Positions 1 to 7,250 are shown, counted from the first letter of the whole stretch. The stretch is DNA of 22,757 bases, filler included, from 4 parts of 4 records of this genome joined end to end with filler, not necessarily neighbours in it; one strand, 5' to 3'. The notes: a model not told the origin generated them from the sequence alone. A program made the numbers and translations.

Positions 1-1396
1 CCGCATCTACGGTGCATATGCCGAGTGCTTCCAAGGAGGTGTACTTGTCAGCGTCAATTTCGGACAGACGCTTCGCAACAGCTGGCATGGAGGAAGCTTC
101 GGTGGCGCCTTCAGCAATCAGGATTCGTCGAGCGAGGAGGCCTTCGCAAAAGCGCGTTCGAAATTCTTGCCGGTAGCGCTTTGGCTTCACGCTTTCTGGC
201 AACTCAATCTTGGCGCGAGATAGCACCCCTTCATTATCTCGGCTGATTACGATCGTTTGGTCTAGTTCAAACTCCTCCAGCACATACGGAGAATGTGACG
301 TAAAGATCGTCTGGGACGATAGATTTCGAACTTCGTGAACGATTCGCTTTTGGGCGTATGGGGGAATTGCCGTTTCTGGTTCCTCCATCGCAAAAATGAC
401 ATTCTGTTTGTCTTGGGCGATCTGAGACAGCATCGCTAAGACAAGCATATTGATAGTACCCGTTCCTTGCCGGTAGAACGGCGCAGCATGCGTACCGTCA
501 CCTGTCGCAATGAATGCGGTAATAACTTTGCGGAGGTGTTCTCTCGTAAGGTTCGAGACGCGAAGGTGCGGTTCTACGCCCCATTCTTTCGGCACATATT
601 TTTTTAGCGAAGCATTGATGCTCTCCAGTACGCCAACGATGCCGAGGTCGGGGTCACTTGCCACAGTGAAGTCTGATAGACTGCTCAATGTCTTTTCCCA
701 CATCTGTGGCCGCAAGTCCTTCAGCCGCAAAATGATGTCCAGCAGACTGCCTCGTTCCAAACTGAGTGCGCGTGATCCCGTTCGGAGAGAGCGCAAATAT
801 AGGAAGCCGCATTTTTGTTTGTCTGTTCGACGGAACCGAACAGGGGTTTCGCCTTCTATCAGGCTTCGCGTGAAGTATGAATTCCCTTCGAAGTCGTCGT
901 CTTCTGGGACATATCGGCCAACAAAAGTTACGCGCAGGGCGGATACGATATTGTCTTTGTCAACGCCGGTGGGGTTCGGGCTCTCGTAGAGCTTTTCCTT
1001 ATTTGTATCCCACCATTCGACATCGTTACCAAAGCGAGCACGTTGCTCATCGGAAAGTCCGGTTATCAAGACCTCAATTTTAATTTCCGGAGCGAATGCA
1101 GCGTTTTCGTCTTCTTTGTCGGAGTCTGCGACAGCGTCCTCCTGCTCAACTGACGAACTATTGTCTTCCGTAGTTGGCTGCGTTAATGGGGCAACGTAAT
1201 TGCCTCGGAAGAAATCATGCTCGTCAATTGGGGCCGCACGATTGAGCCGATCAGGGCCCAAAGCCAGATCTATCGCTTCAAGGATAGTTGTCTTGCCTGT
1301 GTTGTTGTCGCCGATTAGTACTGCATGATTTGGCAACAAGAAAGTTGCCGAACTGATACCGCGGAAATTTTGTATATCGAGCTTGCTAATTCGCAA
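1..1396 (-). CDS. OLD-family ATP-dependent endonuclease (ABC-type ATPase + TOPRIM), 3'-truncated by the window edge
   Basis: Absent from the ORF track; translated by hand. TTG start at 1396 after a GGAGG RBS. N-terminus MRISKLDIQNFRGI, Walker A LIGDNNTGKTT, signature-like FYRQGTG, Walker B IFAMEEPE, H-loop TSHSPY, TOPRIM motif RRILIAEGATE. The translated N- and C-terminal parts share one frame that runs off position 1. Confidence 0.92.
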   Translation of the reverse strand, partial: MRISKLDIQNFRGISSATFLLPNHAVLIGDNNTGKTTILEAIDLALGPDRLNRAAPIDEHDFFRGNYVAPLTQPTTEDNSSSVEQEDAVADSDKEDENAAFAPEIKIEVLITGLSDEQRARFGNDVEWWDTNKEKLYESPNPTGVDKDNIVSALRVTFVGRYVPEDDDFEGNSYFTRSLIEGETPVRFRRTDKQKCGFLYLRSLRTGSRALSLERGSLLDIILRLKDLRPQMWEKTLSSLSDFTVASDPDLGIVGVLESINASLKKYVPKEWGVEPHLRVSNLTREHLRKVITAFIATGDGTHAAPFYRQGTGTINMLVLAMLSQIAQDKQNVIFAMEEPETAIPPYAQKRIVHEVRNLSSQTIFTSHSPYVLEEFELDQTIVISRDNEGVLSRAKIELPESVKPKRYRQEFRTRFCEGLLARRILIAEGATEASSMPAVAKRLSEIDADKYTSLEALGICTVDA

Positions 1397-1512
1397 CAGA
1401 AGCCTCCCCCGAAATTACAAGTTTGTCATGCCCACTATCAGCCGCTCAAGCTCTCGGTGTGGTTGAAATAGAATACCTTAGAAATTCATAACGCGCGAGT
1501 AGTGGTGGAAGC

Positions 1513-1773
1513 CTATTTATCCATAGTGGTTTCGGTAGTGCAAAGGACTCGACCTGTACGCATTTTGCCGAATTTGTAGCGTTTCCCTAATTGCCGCCGC
1601 CCTTCTAGCCAAGCTTCGATTTCAACCGCTTTCCAGTATTTTCGGCTATTAACCCTCACCGGCTTGGGAAAACCAAGGGCATCATCCTTTTCCCATCGCC
1701 AGATGGTCATAGCCGAAACATTGCCGACTATGGCGCGAAGGCGGGCTGTTGTGATGTAGATGCTATTGTCCAT
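1513..1773 (-). CDS. AlpA-family helix-turn-helix protein (excisionase / recombination directionality factor-like)
   Basis: MDNSIYITTARLRAIVGNVSAMTIWRWEKDDALGFPKPVRVNSRKYWKAVEIEAWL matches the AlpA pattern (S..TIWRW...FPKP...W...EIEAWL). Start placed at Met44 of the 129-aa ORF. The longer start at 1902, overlapping the upstream stop as ATGA, cannot be excluded. Confidence 0.82.
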   Translation of the reverse strand: MDNSIYITTARLRAIVGNVSAMTIWRWEKDDALGFPKPVRVNSRKYWKAVEIEAWLEGRRQLGKRYKFGKMRTGRVLCTTETTMDK

Positions 1774-1793
1774 GGCAACACCGATCTGATGTC

Positions 1794-1832
1794 TGGCAAT
1801 TGCTTGATCATTGCCATCAGTCAAATTTTGAC
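1794..1832. promoter_or_regulatory. Two adjacent inverted repeats, candidate operator or protein-binding sites
   Basis: TGGCAAT-N9-ATTGCCA (1794-1816) and GTCAAA-T-TTTGAC (1820-1832), immediately upstream of the AlpA-like start. Confidence 0.35.
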
Positions 1833-1898
1833 AGTCGAAGAACGCAGCTCTCCTCATCTTGGTTTGGAAACTTCTCTCTCGATGCCTCGCTGCTCTAA

Positions 1899-2258
1899 TC
1901 ATTCATCAAAGTAGTAGGTCGTTTCCTTGCTCAGCTTGTCGCCAATGAGCAGCCTTCCGAGAGGCGGAACAGTTGGGTGGATGTTTTTGAGGTCTGTTCT
2001 TACAGTGATTTTTCCTTTTCCGTCCCTCATTGCGTCCCGCAAAAACGACTCTGAAACGCTGTTGTCGATAAGGCTGTCTGCTTCTTCCTTTTCCTGCTTT
2101 TTCGCAGCAGGATAGCCGCCAGCGAATCCCGCAGTAGCAACAACGATACCGGCTACAGGACCAAACACGGCACCCATAATGAAGCCAAAAGTGACGCTCG
2201 CGACGACGACTTCAGTCGTCCTGCTGGAGGTAACTTTGTGCTTTACTCTGACTCTCAT
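1899..2258 (-). CDS. Hypothetical protein with a glycine-rich hydrophobic (glycine-zipper-like) membrane segment
   Basis: Segment VVVASVTFGFIMGAVFGPVAGIVVATAGFAGG followed by a charged soluble tail. ATGA overlap with the upstream stop at 2255-2258 and a GAGGA RBS. Confidence 0.7.
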   Translation of the reverse strand: MRVRVKHKVTSSRTTEVVVASVTFGFIMGAVFGPVAGIVVATAGFAGGYPAAKKQEKEEADSLIDNSVSESFLRDAMRDGKGKITVRTDLKNIHPTVPPLGRLLIGDKLSKETTYYFDE

Positions 2259-2689
2259 TTTCCAGGTCCTCTGAGATAATAGTTGCGACGTTCACGAGAT
2301 CGCTGAACTTCAACGGTTATCGTGCAGGATTTTCCAAAGAGGCCGGATAACTTCGCCTTGGCGCGGCACTTCATGTAGCTCGGCATAGGATCATCGTGAT
2401 ACATGGCCAGCGTCTGGGACATCGCGTCACTGGTGCTTGAAATCAGAAACATGGTCTCAAGTGTATCCAGCCTCATCCTCTCGATGGACAAAAGGGTGCG
2501 TGCTTTGGTTTCGGCGATGTTCTCCTGCATACGCGCGAAACGGTGAAAGGCCTCAGATTGGGTTTTGGCAACTTCTATGTCGTTCTGACTTGCCCCATAA
2601 ATGGGGAAGTTAAAAATCGGTAGTTTTGACAGACTTTCGCCAGTCTCGAAGATTCCTGAATTCTGAGAGAGCACGGGCAGTTTGCTCAT
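2255..2689 (-). CDS. Hypothetical protein, 144 aa, with a helical or coiled-coil-like middle
   Basis: ATG at 2689 follows a GGAGGT RBS and lies 1 nt after the upstream stop (2691-2693). Its stop overlaps the next start. No recognisable family. Confidence 0.7.
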   Translation of the reverse strand: MSKLPVLSQNSGIFETGESLSKLPIFNFPIYGASQNDIEVAKTQSEAFHRFARMQENIAETKARTLLSIERMRLDTLETMFLISSTSDAMSQTLAMYHDDPMPSYMKCRAKAKLSGLFGKSCTITVEVQRSRERRNYYLRGPGK

Positions 2690-2690
2690 A

Positions 2691-3131
2691 TCAACCTCCA
2701 TCCAACGCTAAGCTGAATTTCTTTTTGTTTTCCGTTTCGACATTCGACGCGGAAAACAATTCAGAAAATTCCTTAAGTCGTTGCAATGCTTGCGGTAATG
2801 ACAGAACGAATAACTCGCGCGTATTTGATGTGAGCGAAAATCGTGTAAGGGCGCGTTGGACTGATTGAGCTACATTCGGGGTCGGAACCAGAAGCCAAAG
2901 GTCAGATGCATCCAACGCAGAGGCCTTAACCAAATCATTCGCAACCCGTCTTGGCGTTAATTCGGCCTCGACCAAAACCAAACGCGAGTGATCCCGTATA
3001 ACCAAGTCCCCGAATAGAACGCGCTCGCCGAAGACAATTGGCACCTCGCAATCGACGTGGAATCCAAGCTGCGAAGCCTTGTGCGCTATCGGCTCGAGCA
3101 AAACGCGGTTATGGAGATATCCGCCTCTCAC
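2691..3131 (-). CDS. PD-(D/E)xK-superfamily nuclease-like protein
   Basis: GTG start overlapping the ATPase stop (GTGA) with a strong GGAGGT RBS. Motifs H7, E29, G-D42-LVI and E55-A-E57-L, then a hydrophobic strand LWLLVP. This is a restriction-endonuclease-like acidic triad of the D..ExE type. Confidence 0.68.
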   Translation of the reverse strand: MRGGYLHNRVLLEPIAHKASQLGFHVDCEVPIVFGERVLFGDLVIRDHSRLVLVEAELTPRRVANDLVKASALDASDLWLLVPTPNVAQSVQRALTRFSLTSNTRELFVLSLPQALQRLKEFSELFSASNVETENKKKFSLALDGG

Positions 3132-4804
3132 TTCGCCACCTCCACCGTGATGTTTCGCATTGCCTGCAATGCTGGCTCGAGGGGCTCAAGAACCACTGCT
3201 GCTCTTCCTCTCAAACCCGTGCTGACTCTGTGCTCGCGAAGATATCCAAGTTCGACCAGGTAACGTCTTATCCGGAGCGCACGCTTGGAGCTCGTGCGGG
3301 CGAGTTTCGGCAGTTCGCTTGAGGGTTTACCGGGATGTTCGACGACTGCACGGATATACCGAAGCTCTACCTCTGATAATTCACCGTTGCTTTCTTTCTC
3401 TGCCGATGCAGAGGGTGGGCGTCCGTTTTTCGATGTTGCTCTATCCCAATCGGTAAGCTCGTCGACCCGTTGCGTGGGCAACGTGATGAGATCGCTTTGC
3501 TCCGCATCGTCAAGCGCATCAACACGCGGAGGGCTATTCAATCGCACATGAGGGATCTCTAGGACGAATGGGCGTCGCCAATCGCCTTCGCCAACTTGGC
3601 CTACGAACAATCCTGGCCGCAGGTTGATGTTCAACCAGTTTCGCTGCTCCCGCGTCAGCCCCATGGAAGCCGCAATCCTGTCATAGTCGGAAGCGCTCCC
3701 ACAGCGCCCAATGAACTTGTTCGCGGTGTTGCTGAACACGGCACTGTCCACGTCAGCCGATTGGACCGAAAGGTCAAGCCCAACGCCGGTGCCTCGAACA
3801 AGGCCTATGAGATTGGCTATCCCTTTGGATTGGTTGGTTGCCGACACCAATCGTGCGGCTTCGTCGCAGCAGATCCAGAGATCCATTTTCGGATTGGAAA
3901 CTCCACCGGCCACACGGGAGGCGAATTCCGAAAGAGTTAGGCTGTTCAGAATGAGGTTCTTGTCGGTTTCAGATATGCCACCGAGTTCGAAGACGATATG
4001 GCGTTTGGCTAAGTCGCTGGTCTTCCATCCCACACAGTAACGTAGCGCATCGCCGATGGACATAAGGACCGGATCGAGCGAGTCCACAGCAGCCTGCTTA
4101 GCTTGCGGATTTGCGTTCGGATCTCTCGCAATTGTCTCCCGAAGATCAAACAGCGTCGGATAGTGTTCCGCGCCATCAAGGACACCGAATTGCTGATACA
4201 TTTGCAGAACGGTCAGGTGTAGCAACTTCGTGGCGCGTGACGGCAACTGAAGCGTTTGAACGAGAATATCCGCGATGCGCGATGCCCATTCGCGTGGAGA
4301 AACACGATCTTGGCATTGCAGGGGATTGAAACGGATTTCTCTGGCGCGCACGACCGAAAAATTGACGCCAAGTTGCGCGAGATGAGGTTTCAAGGCTCCG
4401 AATTCCCGTTTTTCGAAATCCCAGGCCCAAAGCCCTTTTACGCCGCTGGCAACCTGAAGGATCAGGAATTTTGATCTGGTCGTCTTACCTGATCCCGATC
4501 CGCCAATCGTTAGTGAGTGGCCGTTGAGATATCTCATCGGTAAACGGATCGGATTCTCGTGCCGATCGGTTCCCAAAGAGAAGTCTCCTTCTCTTAACTT
4601 CGGAAGCTCAAAAGGTCCGGCAAAAGCCCGTGCGATCTTGTGCTTTCTGACGGGCTGCTGGATCAGGCTCGAAACCAAATCGTCGACAACGCCGCATCTC
4701 ATCAGCCGTGAGACAGTGCGGCCGACATCATTGTCCAGAAGACGATGCTCTTGCGCATAAATCAGATCCTGAACCAGCTTTGGAACGGTGTTGTCGGTAG
4801 TCAT
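3128..4804 (-). CDS. HerA/FtsK/VirB4-VirD4-superfamily P-loop ATPase with C-terminal winged helix-turn-helix
   Basis: Walker A TIGGSGSGKTT, WAWDFEKREF, Walker B WICCDEAA, arginine-finger/sensor region VRGTGVGLDLSVQS, NTANKFIGR. C-terminal MarR-like wHTH: LSEVELRYIRAVVEHPGKPSSELPKLARTSSKRALRIRRYLVELGYLRE. No transmembrane anchor seen. Confidence 0.85.
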   Translation of the reverse strand: MTTDNTVPKLVQDLIYAQEHRLLDNDVGRTVSRLMRCGVVDDLVSSLIQQPVRKHKIARAFAGPFELPKLREGDFSLGTDRHENPIRLPMRYLNGHSLTIGGSGSGKTTRSKFLILQVASGVKGLWAWDFEKREFGALKPHLAQLGVNFSVVRAREIRFNPLQCQDRVSPREWASRIADILVQTLQLPSRATKLLHLTVLQMYQQFGVLDGAEHYPTLFDLRETIARDPNANPQAKQAAVDSLDPVLMSIGDALRYCVGWKTSDLAKRHIVFELGGISETDKNLILNSLTLSEFASRVAGGVSNPKMDLWICCDEAARLVSATNQSKGIANLIGLVRGTGVGLDLSVQSADVDSAVFSNTANKFIGRCGSASDYDRIAASMGLTREQRNWLNINLRPGLFVGQVGEGDWRRPFVLEIPHVRLNSPPRVDALDDAEQSDLITLPTQRVDELTDWDRATSKNGRPPSASAEKESNGELSEVELRYIRAVVEHPGKPSSELPKLARTSSKRALRIRRYLVELGYLREHRVSTGLRGRAAVVLEPLEPALQAMRNITVEVAK

Positions 4805-4825
4805 CGTTATGATCCCAACTGACTT

Positions 4826-5123
4826 TCATCGAAGCAGGAAGCGTTTGACCGAGCTGAAGAGCATTCGTTTTCTCTCGACCTTGAAACAAGGCCTGCAAAG
4901 TCGAAGCTCGATACCATTGTCAAAAACGATAAAACCGGAGTGACCCTGACAAATCGGTTTTCCGCAACGGCAATGACTAAAGCACGAGGCACATGTCAAA
5001 CCGCTGGTGCCGGACAGCATGCAGTCAACGCAATAACCTCCCGGGGCGTTGCCTATGCAACCGCAATCGTAGGCGATTTGTCTCTCCACACGGCAAGTGT
5101 TGAGCTGGCCAGTGGGCGATAGG
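4826..5123 (-). CDS. Cys-rich multi-zinc-finger protein, probably 5'-truncated by the gap
   Basis: 11 Cys in 87 aa arranged CxC, CxxC, CxxC, CxC, CxxH, CxxC. The frame stays open upstream of the GTG at 5089 to the contig end (LSPTGQLNTCRVERQ). Confidence 0.72.
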
Positions 5124-5223
5124 NNNNNNNNNNNNNNNNNNNNNNNNNNNNNNNNNNNNNNNNNNNNTTAATTAATTAANNNNNNNNNNNNNNNNNNNNN
5201 NNNNNNNNNNNNNNNNNNNNNNN
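5124..5223. other. Artificial contig spacer (N-run with six-frame stop linker)
   Basis: 100 nt of N with TTAATTAATTAA at 5168-5179; identical layout at the other two gaps. Confidence 0.98.
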
Positions 5224-6399
5224 CAGACGGAGTTCATAGATGGCATTCGTGTCACGCGCGTATGGACGTACATTGCCGCCAACCGGGGCAAGCGCAGAAG
5301 ATCGTTGAACTACTTGTCCTTTCTCGTCAGCGCGACCCTAGCGGGCCTCTTCGTCAAGCGACCAGATGTTCTGATTGCCACCAGTCCGCAGTTCTTCTGC
5401 GGATGGGCGGGAGTCTTCCTCAGCAAGCTGCGCAGACTTCCCTTTGTGCTGGAGATACGCGATATCTGGCCGGCCGCCATTGTGGCGGTGGGCGCCATGA
5501 AAGAGGGGCTTCTGCTTAGATGTATGCATTATGCCGAGCGGAAGATGTACGGTTCTGCCGATCATATCGTCACGGTGGGGGATGGCTACAAGAACGAACT
5601 GCTGGATCGGTTGGTGCCTGAGGAAAAGATATCCGTTGTCATGAATGGCGTCGACCGGGAGATTTTCAGGCCTGATACTCCTGCCGATGGTCTCAGAGAG
5701 AGATTGGGCATCAACGGTGAATTCGTGTGCAGCTATATCGGCACAGTCGGCATGGCGTCCGGCTTGGCAGTGGTCTTGCGGGCCGGCAAGCTGTTGCAGG
5801 AGGAGGGCCGCGACGACATCCGTTTTCTGATTGTCGGCGACGGTGCCATTCGGTCCGAGTTGGAGACTGAGGCACGCCGCATGGGTCTAAGGAATGTGCT
5901 CTTTGCCGGCCAGCAACGCAAGGGCCAGATCCCGAGGTATCTGGCGATGACGGATGCCTGCCTGGTGCATTTGAGAAACAGCGACCTCTTTCGGTCTGTC
6001 ATGCCTTCAAAGATCTTTGAGGCCGCAGGCATGGCCAAGCCCGTGATCATTGGAGTTCGTGGTTTTGCCGAGCGCTTCGTTCTCGATGCGAATGCTGGCG
6101 TGGCGATCGAGCCGGAGAACGAGCGGGAGCTTGTCGAGGCCGTTTTGGACTTGGCGGATCATCCCGAGTGCGGCCCGCTCTACGGGGATGCTGGCTACCG
6201 TCATGTAACGGCAAACTACACTCGTGACAAGCTGGCCGAAGATTATCTTGCCGTTGTTAGCGATGTTGTCGTGGGTCTGCCCAAGGACCGCATCCCTCAG
6301 GACGTGTCCTACAGGTCCCGTCCAAAGGCTCCGAATGTTCTCGATATCGGTGCCAAACGACGAGAGGATTGCCCCCAGCAGACAGCGCAGGTGGATTGA
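5224..6399 (+). CDS. Glycosyltransferase family 4 (WbuB-like), 5'-truncated
   Basis: Frame open from the contig start (QTEFIDGIRVTRVWTYIAAN...RSLNYLSF). Motifs PDVLIATSPQFF, FVLEIRDIWP, YIGTVG and PSKIFEAAGMAKPVI. Confidence 0.92.
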   Translation, partial: QTEFIDGIRVTRVWTYIAANRGKRRRSLNYLSFLVSATLAGLFVKRPDVLIATSPQFFCGWAGVFLSKLRRLPFVLEIRDIWPAAIVAVGAMKEGLLLRCMHYAERKMYGSADHIVTVGDGYKNELLDRLVPEEKISVVMNGVDREIFRPDTPADGLRERLGINGEFVCSYIGTVGMASGLAVVLRAGKLLQEEGRDDIRFLIVGDGAIRSELETEARRMGLRNVLFAGQQRKGQIPRYLAMTDACLVHLRNSDLFRSVMPSKIFEAAGMAKPVIIGVRGFAERFVLDANAGVAIEPENERELVEAVLDLADHPECGPLYGDAGYRHVTANYTRDKLAEDYLAVVSDVVVGLPKDRIPQDVSYRSRPKAPNVLDIGAKRREDCPQQTAQVD

Positions 6400-6423
6400 T
6401 GGTTCATGGGCGTCCTTTCCGCC

Positions 6424-6465
6424 AATCCCCAATCCCTAATCGCTAAAGGCTAAATGCTAACCGCT
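6424..6465 (+). repeat. Degenerate heptamer tandem array (6 units)
   Basis: AATCCCC AATCCCT AATCGCT AAAGGCT AAATGCT AACCGCT. Confidence 0.8.
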
Positions 6466-6491
6466 GGCGTCGTCGGCCCGGGCCGGGTACA

Positions 6492-6941
6492 ATGCCCCGC
6501 ATGACGGACGCAACGCGACAACGCAGCAGGGCCATGGACCGGCTCTGGACGATTTTCGAGCCGTGGCGGCTGGTGGTGGCGCTGGCGGGGACGCTGGCGG
6601 TGCTGCTGCTGACGCACATTCCCCAGGACATGATGCCGGTGCAGTTGCACGGCAGACTGATCGACAAGGCCGAGCATGCGGTGGCCTACGGGACGATTAC
6701 GTTTCTGTTCCTGCTGGCGTTTCGTAAGCCGCCGGGCGTTAAGGCCATGTTCATCCTGCTATTGGCGGGGGCGGCGGTGGGGGCGTTCGACGAACTGACG
6801 CAGCCCTACGTCAATCGGACCGCCAGTACGCTCGATTTCGCGGCCGATTGTTTCGGGATCGCCGTGGTGTGCGTGCTCTATCTGGCGTTGCGGCGGTGCC
6901 GCCGGGAGCGGCTTCGTCGCTCAGCGGGGAGCTTCGCTTAG
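6492..6941 (+). CDS. VanZ-like family membrane protein
   Basis: DKAEHAVAYG and GAFDELTQPYVNRTASTLDFAAD match the VanZ pattern (DK..H...Y; DE..Q....R..S..D..AD); about four hydrophobic helices. Start uncertain (6492, 6501 or 6534). Confidence 0.88.
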   Translation: MPRMTDATRQRSRAMDRLWTIFEPWRLVVALAGTLAVLLLTHIPQDMMPVQLHGRLIDKAEHAVAYGTITFLFLLAFRKPPGVKAMFILLLAGAAVGAFDELTQPYVNRTASTLDFAADCFGIAVVCVLYLALRRCRRERLRRSAGSFA

Positions 6942-7011
6942 GTCTTGGTTTTTAGTGCTTCGTGTTTAGTTTGCGCAACTCAAAACTCAAAATTTAGAAC
7001 GTAGAACCGTA
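6938..7011. repeat. Opposed degenerate heptamer arrays
   Basis: T-rich units TTAGGTC TTGGTTT TTAGTGC TTCGTGT TTAGTTT (6938-6972), then GCGC, then A-rich units AACTCAA AACTCAA AATTTAG AACGTAG AACCGTA (6977-7011). Confidence 0.7.
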
Positions 7012-7122
7012 ACGTTTGGTTCCAAGTGCTTGCCACTCCGCCGTCCGCAATACTCAATACCAACTACGAACCACCCAATACCCATTCATCCCCAAGAAAC
7101 AGCCAGCGGCCGGTCGCCCATG

Positions 7123-7157
7123 GCTAACTGCTAACAGCTAAGAGCCAACCGCTGAAC
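7123..7157 (+). repeat. Degenerate heptamer tandem array (5 units)
   Basis: GCTAACT GCTAACA GCTAAGA GCCAACC GCTGAAC. Confidence 0.7.
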
Positions 7158-7164
7158 AATAGCC

Positions 7165-7250
7165 GGCCTCGCCAGGCGAATCGGTTGTTCTCGCGAAGTT
7201 CCACCGTTTTTTGCCTCATCCCCGACGAGACCGGCCTGGGAGGGCCGAAC
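7165..7250 (+). ncRNA. Candidate structured cis-regulatory RNA
   Basis: Non-coding segment with a CGGT...ACCG stem enclosing TGTTCTCGCGAAGTTCC, followed by CCCGACGAGACCGGCCTGGGAGGGCCGAAC, which resembles a degenerate hammerhead core. Family unverified. Confidence 0.35.

Noticed and set aside
25-1083. Plus-strand ORFs 25-246, 510-989 and 877-1083
   Set aside because: Antisense shadows of the OLD nuclease gene, which carries all the recognisable motifs.
1828-1856. TTGACA as a plus-strand promoter
   Set aside because: No -10-like hexamer at a 16-18 nt spacing and no plus-strand gene downstream; better explained as half of a palindrome.
4826-4828. TGA as a selenocysteine codon
   Set aside because: It is not in a redox or metal-ligand motif position and I saw no clear SECIS-like hairpin just downstream.
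4807-4992. 61-aa minus-strand ORF
   Set aside because: Overlaps the Cys-rich ORF in another frame and has no motif.
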